DNA of 35,106 nucleotides from Pseudobacteriovorax sp. (GTDB lineage Bacteria; Bdellovibrionota_B; Oligoflexia; Oligoflexales; Oligoflexaceae): NCBI GenBank assembly GCA_050293845.1, contig JBNKNM010000040.1, positions 1 to 35,106 of the forward strand, read 5' to 3'. Shown piece by piece: positions 1 to 7,341 of this stretch (position 1 is its first letter; each line of letters starts with the position of its first letter). The notes under the pieces were generated by a model. It saw only the letters and a program-made list of their open reading frames with translations, ran no database searches and was not told where the DNA came from. The position numbers and the translations under genes were made by a program.

Positions 1-76
1 TTGCTAGTGGTCTGGTCAACTAGTCTCCCTTGCGAGTCACCTCACAAGCCCCCTCCTTTAGGTGGGGGTAATTGAC
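1..76 (-). mobile_element. IS200/IS605-family element end / 5' scaffold of an IscB/IsrB-type omega RNA (HEARO-like), truncated at window edge
   Basis: Minus strand from 76 reads GTCAATTA-CCCCCACCT-AA-AGGAGGGGG-CTTGTGAG-GTGA-CTCGCAAG-GGAGAC-TAGTTGAC-CAGACCACT. GTCAATTA pairs with TAGTTGAC and encloses two hairpins. This matches the GTCAACTACCCC...TAAAGG...GGGGCTTG...GTTGACCAG pattern of omega RNA 5' ends. The nuclease ORF would lie left of the window. Confidence 0.8.
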
Positions 77-78
77 CT

Positions 79-360
79 AGCGTCTTTGCTAGAGCGCCTC
101 TGTATGGTTTTGCTCATCGCGTTAACTCTAAGTCACAAATTGTAAATGCCTTGAGTGCCGGAGCTAATGGTATTGAATTGATATTTGTTATAGTGCCTCT
201 CGTAAAATTTGGTATGTTAGCCATAATTTGTTTCTATGAGAAATGGCGTTTTCATCAGCTCAGACAAAAAATGTAATAATATGAAAGCAAGGCAATCCCG
301 CTTACAGTCTATATGACAGCATTAAAAACTTAATACCAAGCGCTTTTCAAACAATATCAT
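79..360 (+). pseudogene. Decayed sphingomyelinase D / GDPD-like phospholipase D gene fragment
   Basis: From 79 the frame reads SVFA-RAPLYGFAHRVNSKSQIVNALSAGANGIE. After a 1-nt frameshift at ~178-180 it continues D-ICYSASRKIWYVSH, followed by stops. This resembles the SMase D N-terminus (RP..AH.VN...GAN.IE.D...H). The right boundary is approximate. Confidence 0.65.
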
Positions 361-495
361 GCTGTGAGAACATACTCCCTATGTCTTGAGACAAACCTCC
401 CATAGGTAACTTTTACTGCATTTGTCCACTGTTAATTTTCATGACAAGTGACGATAATATAAGAAGCCGTTTCTTACCAAATATCGAGGCATTCC

Positions 496-1233
496 ATGGA
501 AAGCGATAAGACTAGAGTTTATGACTTACCAACTAGAATATTTCACTGGTTCTTTGCAGCTTCGTTTTTGACGGCCTATTCCATAGGACAGTTTGTAGAT
601 GATGAGTCTATGATCTTCCCCTATCACAAGTTAATCGGCCTTGTTATGGTGTTTGCTGTACTTTTGAGAGTTATCTGGGGGATTGGGGGCAGTCACTATG
701 CTAAGTTCACTTCATTTAATTTCCGCTTTAAGGAGCTGCAGGGGTATTTTAAAGCACTTTTGCAATCGCGAACGAAGCGCTATCTTGGTCATAATCCGGC
801 TTCAAGCTATGCAGCAATAGCAATGTTTGCTATGGCTTTGGGGTTAGGCTTTACGGGAGTTATGATGAGCTTAGGCATAAATCGTCACTTTTTCGAAGAG
901 GTACATGAGACTCTGGCCAGCTTGTTACTTGCTTTGGCTGCCTTGCATTTAGTGGGAGTGATCTTTCATGAAATTAGGCATCACGATGGATTGTTTTTTA
1001 GTATGATCACTGGAATAAAACAGAGTATTACCGGTGCAAAATCTATTGCGTCAAGTCATATAACCTCTGCAGTGGTATTTGTTTTATTGCTGCTAGGATT
1101 TACTGGTTACCTTCAAAAGAACTATGATTCTCAGAATCAAGAACTTAGTATATTCGGTAAAAAACTGCAGTTAGGTGAAGACGAGCATGAAGAAAAAGAT
1201 CATCACGGATACGATGAATATGACGACGATTGA
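496..1233 (+). CDS. Cytochrome b/b6 (Ni-hydrogenase cytochrome b family) membrane protein
   Basis: VYDLPTRIFHW, H..IG, GHNP and EVHE..A...LHL.GV heme-ligand motifs; His/acidic C-terminal tail; RBS GAGG. Confidence 0.9.
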   Translation: MESDKTRVYDLPTRIFHWFFAASFLTAYSIGQFVDDESMIFPYHKLIGLVMVFAVLLRVIWGIGGSHYAKFTSFNFRFKELQGYFKALLQSRTKRYLGHNPASSYAAIAMFAMALGLGFTGVMMSLGINRHFFEEVHETLASLLLALAALHLVGVIFHEIRHHDGLFFSMITGIKQSITGAKSIASSHITSAVVFVLLLLGFTGYLQKNYDSQNQELSIFGKKLQLGEDEHEEKDHHGYDEYDDD

Positions 1234-1365
1234 TTTCGAATTCTACTCTTAAGAGGCTAGATAGGCTTGGCCGTAACCCCTCTTTTAGCTCGAAATAACG
1301 CTATCTAAATTAAAAAAGACCATATAAGACTGCATATATACTATATCTTTCAATCAGGAATTCTC

Positions 1366-1381
1366 TGGCATTTTTATTGCT
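1366..1381 (+). promoter_or_regulatory. Sigma54 (-24/-12) promoter candidate
   Basis: TGGCATTTTTATTGCT = GG-N10-GC, about 35 nt upstream of the 1418 ORF. Confidence 0.6.
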
Positions 1382-1417
1382 TCATTATATTAAGATGTTT
1401 TTTCTGGAAGGGAGGAC

Positions 1418-1888
1418 GTGATGAAAACGGTATCAATTTTAGCGATAGCGTTTCTGGTTTCAGCACCTCTTTTGGCACGAACTGGTCGTGGTTGCTGTAA
1501 TAGCGGTGGTTGGGGTGCCAACGGTCGTTATTCAAGAATGTATAATCCTGCGACTGAACAAACGCTTACGGGAGAGGTGGTTTCTGTAAACTATCAAGTT
1601 CCTATGAAGGGGATGAGTAAAGGGCTGCACGTTATTCTAGATGTTGAGGGGACTAAATATGATGTGCACGTTGGTCCACAGTGGTTTCTTGACAAACAAG
1701 ATACCGGCTTAGCGGTTGGTGATAAAATTTCTGTAACGGGGTCATATACGTCAATAATGCAAAAAGAAGCACTGATAGCTAAACAGCTTGTAAAAGGTGG
1801 TAAGGTGTTAGTTTTAAGAGAAGACACAGGACGCCCTATTTGGGCTGGATGGCGTGGTAGAGGTCAGTGGAGAGAAGGGCGCCGGTAG
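1418..1888 (+). CDS. Exported OB-fold protein with Gly-rich N-terminus
   Basis: Signal peptide; YNPATEQTLTGEV, VHVGPQWFL, GDKISVTGS and LRE..GRP.W motifs; strong RBS GGAGG. Confidence 0.8.
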   Translation: MMKTVSILAIAFLVSAPLLARTGRGCCNSGGWGANGRYSRMYNPATEQTLTGEVVSVNYQVPMKGMSKGLHVILDVEGTKYDVHVGPQWFLDKQDTGLAVGDKISVTGSYTSIMQKEALIAKQLVKGGKVLVLREDTGRPIWAGWRGRGQWREGRR

Positions 1889-1983
1889 ATCTTGCTCCAT
1901 CACTCTAACCTCTAAAAAGCAATGGCTTTGCCATTGCTTACCACAGGATTATACGGTTCCCATTTATATAAGGAATAACAAAA

Positions 1984-2406
1984 ATGGAATCTTTACCCCA
2001 TATCTACCAAGTGTCATTGTCTCAATCGGATCATTTAGTTAAAACTGATGGTGAGAATGCACCAAGTATTTTTGGAGGCGCTCCCCCTCAATTCGGTGGT
2101 AGCCCTGATAATTGGTCACCAGAGCTGTTACTCATGGCATCTATTGGACAGTGTTTATTCTTAACTCTGGTTTCTATTGCCAGAGCTTCTCGTTTTGCAT
2201 TTCAATCTTACGAAAGTCGTATTAATGGCAAACTTGAGAAAACATCCCATGGCCTAGCCTTTACCAGCGCTGCGATCGAAATATCTTTTGTTTCAGATGA
2301 CGAATTAAAGGCCAAGAAATTGATTGAGAAGGCTGAGAAAAATTGCCTAATTTCTAATTCTCTGAACTTTCCAGTTACTGTATCTTTTCAGCATATATCA
2401 GCGTAA
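1984..2406 (+). CDS. OsmC/Ohr family protein
   Basis: PPQFGG...WSPELLL.AS...C and A..NCLISNSL (two conserved Cys). Confidence 0.9.
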   Translation: MESLPHIYQVSLSQSDHLVKTDGENAPSIFGGAPPQFGGSPDNWSPELLLMASIGQCLFLTLVSIARASRFAFQSYESRINGKLEKTSHGLAFTSAAIEISFVSDDELKAKKLIEKAEKNCLISNSLNFPVTVSFQHISA

Positions 2407-2424
2407 GGAAGCTATATGCTGAAA
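2386..2424 (+). terminator. 12-bp inverted repeat spanning the OsmC stop codon, possible terminator
   Basis: TTTCAGCATATA (2386-2397) / TATATGCTGAAA (2413-2424). Confidence 0.4.
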
Positions 2425-2674
2425 TAATCTCCAATTCAGAAGATTGCTCAACTCTAGTCGAATTAACTTGAAACTCTGGAACGGGGTTGTCCAAAAGAAG
2501 CGTGCTTCTTGTGTTGGTATGACTATAACAAAGCTAGTATCACTGCAAAAGTACTGAATTTTATATGGTTCACAAACCTTTCGATTTAAGACGAAATTAC
2601 TTGCCCTTTTTCCAATCAATATTAGTATGATAGTCTATTGCAAATATTAGGTTTAACTTATATTGGATAGGTTT

Positions 2675-3418
2675 ATGAAAAAATTAAGCATCTGTTTGGC
2701 CACTCTTCTAGCGATAGTTTTGAGTGGTGAACTGGTAGCAGGACAAAAGGTCAATTATAAGGTTGGTAAAGAGACATTCGAAGGGTATTTTGAAAAGTCT
2801 AAAGGCAAAAAATCCAAAGGCTTAGTACTTATAATCCATGACTGGGATGGTCTGACAGCTTACGAAAAAAAACGCTCACAGATGCTTGCAGCTGCTGGTT
2901 ATGACGCCTTTGCCATGGATTTATATGGCAAAGGCGTACGCCCTGTAGAAGCTAAAATGAAAAAGGCGGAAACCGCAAAGCTATACAAGGACCGAAAAAA
3001 AATGCGCAATAGGATCCTAGCTGGTGTGAAAGCAGCAAAGAAGTACTCTTCTAAACCAGCAGTACTTATGGGTTATTGCTTTGGTGGGGCGGCCGTACTC
3101 GAATTAGCGCGATCTAGCAAGGCACCGCAAATTAAGGGCTATGCGACCTTCCATGGGGGATTAGCCACTCCCCCAGGACAAAAATATACTAAGTCAGCTC
3201 CTATTTTTATCGCTCATGGGGGAGGTGATTCCTATATACCCCTTGAAGATGTGTCCAAACTAGCGAAACAGTTAGAAGCAGCAAAAATTGAGTATGAGGT
3301 TGAAATCTATTCAGGGGCTCCCCATGCTTTTACAGTTTTGAATGCTCCGTCCTATCGGAAACATGCAGATCAAAAGTCTTGGCGCTCATTTATGGCATTT
3401 TTGCAAAAAAACATTTAA
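2675..3418 (+). CDS. Dienelactone hydrolase family protein, exported
   Basis: HDWDGL, GYCFGG nucleophile, FHGGL, HGG.D and YSGAPHAFT; signal peptide from ATG 2675. Confidence 0.92.
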   Translation: MKKLSICLATLLAIVLSGELVAGQKVNYKVGKETFEGYFEKSKGKKSKGLVLIIHDWDGLTAYEKKRSQMLAAAGYDAFAMDLYGKGVRPVEAKMKKAETAKLYKDRKKMRNRILAGVKAAKKYSSKPAVLMGYCFGGAAVLELARSSKAPQIKGYATFHGGLATPPGQKYTKSAPIFIAHGGGDSYIPLEDVSKLAKQLEAAKIEYEVEIYSGAPHAFTVLNAPSYRKHADQKSWRSFMAFLQKNI

Positions 3419-3814
3419 TGCTCTCATTAAATACACCGGAAATTATATGTAGTATGTTTTGAAGATGGCCTCTTTGGGAGGCTGATCCTAACGGGGATTG
3501 GAAATGAAGTTCTCATGAGTGACAGTCGCTCAGTGATTGCACCTTGGTTTAGGTTTCGCATTAAAGAGAACTTGCGATTTATTCAAAAAAAATAGGGTAT
3601 TAACCCTCAACTTTAAATAAATTATTTTTCCTCTTCGATAATCCCTCTGCATTAATATACTCGCTTTGATAACATTTCTCCCTACTTCGCTAAGTTGATC
3701 AAGAAAATTATTCTCTAGTCCGAGGCACTCCGTGACTTTGGTCCTCATGAGATTGCTTTTAAACAGGTTGGTTAATCTAATGAGTTTGCAAATTTTACAG
3801 AAAAGGAAGGGATT

Positions 3815-5407
3815 ATGAATTCATCAAAGGCTTTAGAGGTTATGCAAACTGATGACTTCAAACTGGAGTGGAATGATAAAGGTAGTGGAGGAAGAATGGA
3901 TGGATCTTTTTGGAGGCCTATTCCTCCTAAGGGCTTCTATTCGATCGGTGACTATGCTCAGGGTAACTACGGTTCCCCTGCAGGAACAGCGCTGGTTGTG
4001 AAGCCAATAGAGGAGAATGCAATCGCTCATCCCACCGACTATGAAAAAATTTGGACAGATCGGGGCTCAGGTGCTCATAAAGATGGTTCCTTTTGGAGGC
4101 CCCTACCACCAAAAGGCTATGTAGCTTTGGGTGTTGTTGCTAACTTAGGACATGGCAAACCGGATGTCAATGTCATGGTGTGTATCAGAGAGGATCTTGT
4201 GGTCGATGGCCATGTCGGTTCGCTTATATGGAACGATGCGAAAACAGGAGCCAAGCATGATTTCAGTGCTTGGTCGATACTACCAAATTCCAGTGAAGGG
4301 CTTACAGGAGGAAACTTCATTGGTGTAGCTACCCATAACAAGCCCAGTGCTTCCCCTGTATTTCACTGCTTGGATTCCAGGAAGGTCATGTTCCCTTCTG
4401 CACCTTCGCTGAGTGAATTATCCGAGCTCGCCAATAAATATGCGCCTATCGTGTATTTTGAAAAAGAAGAGCATTACTACATGTGTTCGATTGAATACTT
4501 CCTTGAAAATGCGCAGCTTTTAGATAAAAATACTAAGAAAACTAGCACTGTTACACCGGAAAATATTCCCACCGGAGCTGCAAATAAAGACAAGTATCAA
4601 TTGATATTAAGCAACAAAGCCTGTCGAGCAGGTAGCTTAGCCGATGCTAAAACTTACGTTCATGCTATGCCCAGCTCTGCCTATACCACTGATTTACAAT
4701 ACTGGTTCCTTTATACGTATAATGGACCCGGTACTGCAAGAATCAAATGGTTAGTAGCTGACACGACTGTTCATAGCGGCAATCCCAGCCTAACACCATT
4801 GGGAGAGCATGAAGGGGATTGGGAGCATGTAACAATCCGCATCAGTAATCTTACACGTCAAGTTGAAAAAATATACTTTTCTCAGCATGGAGATGGAGCT
4901 TGGGTTGATGCTGACGATATTGAGTTTCAAGGAAAGCAGCCCATTGTTTATTCATCAAAAAATGGGCATGCTAGTTATCCTCACGTAGGATCTAATTATA
5001 CGGAACACCGAAAATATGGGGCTGGTTTTCTGACAGCTCTCGAATTTTTTCTCAGAAACGATACTAATAAAGGAAGAATGAAAAATTTTGCTACTTGTAC
5101 TGAAGTGGTCTCTGCGGATTATTTAGGAAGCGACAAACCAGAGGAACCTCGCTGGCTCAATTATTTAGGTCGCTGGGGTGCAAGCACTACGGTACATCTT
5201 TCTGAAAAAACTGTTGAGGATGTTATCAAAGCCGCATTCGGTCCTATCATTGGTGGGGTGATTAATCATCTCTCCTTGGTAGGGAAGCTAGCCAAAATAC
5301 TTTTGTCTCATTATGTCACTGAAGATCAGGATGGACCCACAGCACCAAAAGCCAAGGGTGAATGGAGTAAAGCAGAGAGTGAAGAGCAGCAAAAGCTTGC
5401 CGCTTAA
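3815..5407 (+). CDS. Vps62/DUF946 family protein (three N-terminal repeats plus a C-terminal HEGDWEH domain)
   Basis: Three W.D.GSG...DGSFWRP.PP.G-type repeats; YAP.VYF...E.Y, DLQYWFLY.YNGPG, HEGDWEHVTIR, YFSQH, YSSKNGHASYP and GP.APK motifs. Confidence 0.88.
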   Translation: MNSSKALEVMQTDDFKLEWNDKGSGGRMDGSFWRPIPPKGFYSIGDYAQGNYGSPAGTALVVKPIEENAIAHPTDYEKIWTDRGSGAHKDGSFWRPLPPKGYVALGVVANLGHGKPDVNVMVCIREDLVVDGHVGSLIWNDAKTGAKHDFSAWSILPNSSEGLTGGNFIGVATHNKPSASPVFHCLDSRKVMFPSAPSLSELSELANKYAPIVYFEKEEHYYMCSIEYFLENAQLLDKNTKKTSTVTPENIPTGAANKDKYQLILSNKACRAGSLADAKTYVHAMPSSAYTTDLQYWFLYTYNGPGTARIKWLVADTTVHSGNPSLTPLGEHEGDWEHVTIRISNLTRQVEKIYFSQHGDGAWVDADDIEFQGKQPIVYSSKNGHASYPHVGSNYTEHRKYGAGFLTALEFFLRNDTNKGRMKNFATCTEVVSADYLGSDKPEEPRWLNYLGRWGASTTVHLSEKTVEDVIKAAFGPIIGGVINHLSLVGKLAKILLSHYVTEDQDGPTAPKAKGEWSKAESEEQQKLAA

Positions 5408-5415
5408 AGGATTCT

Positions 5416-5435
5416 GGCGAGGGAACACCCTCGCC
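5416..5435 (+). terminator. GC-rich hairpin downstream of the Vps62-like gene
   Basis: GGCGAGGG-AACA-CCCTCGCC, 8 nt after the stop; weak U-tract. Confidence 0.55.
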
Positions 5436-5537
5436 TCTAAGTTTAAATTTCTAAAACCTTCCCCCATAGCTAAAGATAGTGCAATTATAGTAAAAAATAA
5501 GCCAGTTTAGCTTATATGTAGGTAGATAAACTCTAAC

Positions 5538-5716
5538 CTAAGCCCGAAAAATCAAATTGGAAATTCCATGAAAGCCTTGGTTGCATTGACAGCGAACGGA
5601 TGCTAAAAGTGCAATCGCATTGGGGCGTACGACAATATGTGGCCGGATTAACCCCTGTTAATAGGCGCTCATTTTTTGTTGCAGCCAAGCAGAGTTGGGC
5701 CATTTTTCACATCTAG
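5538..5716. repeat. Palindromic intergenic element (MITE-like repeat or structured RNA)
   Basis: Nested stems: GCCCGA/TTGGGC, CTTGGTTGCA/TGCAGCCAAG, ATTAAC/GTTAAT and TGGAAATTCCA. Imperfect terminal inverted repeats CTAAGCCCGAAAAAT / ATTTTTCACATCTAG. Confidence 0.4.
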
Positions 5717-5817
5717 GCTCTAATAGCTAGTATCTGAATTGAGTATGACAAATATTTTGTTTTAGATATTGAGCATATTCTTGCACATAAAAATCGTTTA
5801 TTTGACCAGGAGTACTT

Positions 5818-6591
5818 ATGAAAACACGTCTATATTTATTTTGTCTGATAATGATAGCTGCTACTGCCTTACATGCGCGCAGTACTAGTAAGGAAATTGC
5901 GATCAGTCTCAGTCCAAAGATCTGTAAGGTCATCAACAAAGCGTTAGCATCTGGTAGCATTCCCACACCAGAGCAAGTGGCAAAAGATGCGTATTGCGCT
6001 AAATTGCTTATGGAGCAGCATGCACCTTCCGGTGCTATCACCATATTTGGTTCCGCGCGAGCGAAGCCGGGTATGGAAAGTTACGACATGACGCGTGAAT
6101 TCGCTAAGCTTTGGACTAAGTCCTATGGAAACGAGTTCCCCATCATGACTGGCGGAGGACCGGGTATCATGGAGGCTGGTAATCTAGGAGCCACTGAGGC
6201 CAAAGGGAAAAGCTTGGCTATCGGTAGTCACTTCCTTGGCGGGCAGGAAAAACCAAACAGATATTCAAGCTATGGGTATATGTCTTATAGTTTTGCCCAG
6301 CGTGAAGCTGATCTGGTAGATTATGCAGCTGCCATCGTGGTCGCTCCAGGTGGATTTGGTACCGAATGGGAAATTTTCGAATCCCTCTCTAAAATGCAAA
6401 CTCGCAAAAAAGCACCTGTGCCCCTTGTCCTCCTAGGGGGTAAAAAACACTGGCAGACTCTATGGAATCGTGTGCAACATCTGGATCAGATTAAAACCAT
6501 TAGCCATGCTGACCTTAGCCTTATCACTTTCGCTGATGATGCTCAAAGTGCTGTCAAAGTGATTGCTAAACACCTTAAAAAAACTAAGTAG
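5818..6591 (+). CDS. LOG-family (nucleotide monophosphate nucleosidase / phosphoribohydrolase) protein with Sec signal peptide
   Basis: ITIFGSAR, TGGGPGIMEAGN and PGGFGT.WE motifs; N-terminus MKTRLYLFCLIMIAATALHA| is signal-peptide-like; RBS AGGAG. Confidence 0.88.
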   Translation: MKTRLYLFCLIMIAATALHARSTSKEIAISLSPKICKVINKALASGSIPTPEQVAKDAYCAKLLMEQHAPSGAITIFGSARAKPGMESYDMTREFAKLWTKSYGNEFPIMTGGGPGIMEAGNLGATEAKGKSLAIGSHFLGGQEKPNRYSSYGYMSYSFAQREADLVDYAAAIVVAPGGFGTEWEIFESLSKMQTRKKAPVPLVLLGGKKHWQTLWNRVQHLDQIKTISHADLSLITFADDAQSAVKVIAKHLKKTK

Positions 6592-6600
6592 GCATGTGAT

Positions 6601-7341
6601 ATGGAACATGAAAAACAAAAAAAAGGTGTCGGAACCTTTCCTCAATGGTTAGCTGGTCATAGACTCACTCTAAACTCTTTAGAAGCAAAGCATCTTGCAC
6701 CTTTAATAGATCATACTATTTTAAAGCCTGATGCAGATCAGCTGCAGGTAGAAAAAATTTTAGAGGAAGCTAAAGAGTTTGGTTTCAAAAGCGTTTGCAT
6801 TAATCCCTGCTGGGTTCCCCTGGCCAGTTCCTTTCTACAGGGCACCCCTGTTGAGGTTTGTACGGTTATCGGATTTCCCTTAGGAGCTAACCATCACCAG
6901 CTTAAGCTTGATGAAACCGCGATGGCAATGGAGCAGGGTGCTACAGAAATCGACATGGTTTTGAACATCGGATTTCTTAAGTCTGGATTGTGGACTGAAG
7001 CCGAAAAGGAAATCAAAGCTATTGCTGCCTTAATGGCAAGTCAGGGAGTACTGAAAGTTATACTTGAAACATGCTTGTTGACCAAAGAAGAGATCAAGAT
7101 GGCTTGTAAAGTCAGTATGCAAGCAGGAGCAAACTTTGTAAAAACTTCAACCGGTTTTTCCAAAGGAGGTGCAACTGTTGAAGATGTTGAGTTGATGAGA
7201 TCTGTTGTGGGAGAGCACCTCGGCGTTAAGGCATCTGGTGGTGTGCGTGACTATCCCACAGCGATGGCCATGTTAAATGCAGGCGCGACGCGACTCGGCA
7301 GTTCTAGTGGCATTAATATTATTGGAAAGAGCAACTCATGA
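6601..7341 (+). CDS. deoC: Deoxyribose-phosphate aldolase
   Basis: IDHTILKP, VCTVIGFPLG, EIDMV, LKVILET, FVKTSTGF, GVKASGGVR and GATRLGSS. Confidence 0.97.
   Translation: MEHEKQKKGVGTFPQWLAGHRLTLNSLEAKHLAPLIDHTILKPDADQLQVEKILEEAKEFGFKSVCINPCWVPLASSFLQGTPVEVCTVIGFPLGANHHQLKLDETAMAMEQGATEIDMVLNIGFLKSGLWTEAEKEIKAIAALMASQGVLKVILETCLLTKEEIKMACKVSMQAGANFVKTSTGFSKGGATVEDVELMRSVVGEHLGVKASGGVRDYPTAMAMLNAGATRLGSSSGINIIGKSNS

Noticed and set aside
2398..3748. Intergenic minus-strand ORFs 2398-2619 and 3530-3748
   Set aside because: No convincing RBS or recognisable family; likely spurious.
3867..4280. Repeated GATGG.TC.TTTTGGAGGCC sequence
   Set aside because: It is explained by the protein repeats of the Vps62 domain and is not CRISPR or DGR.
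5680..5694. GCAGCCAAGCAGA resembles part of SRP RNA or a group I intron core
   Set aside because: The SRP CAGG..CGGAAG.AAGCAG core and the group I P7/R-S elements are absent.
5531..5700. Possible integron attC site (..TAAC ... GTTGGGC)
   Set aside because: The ends are not complementary, the element is not next to a stop codon, and there is no cassette array or integrase.
5818..6591. LOG protein as a cytokinin-activating enzyme or lysine decarboxylase
   Set aside because: Lysine decarboxylase is a known misannotation of this family, and the deoC/transporter context points to nucleotide catabolism.
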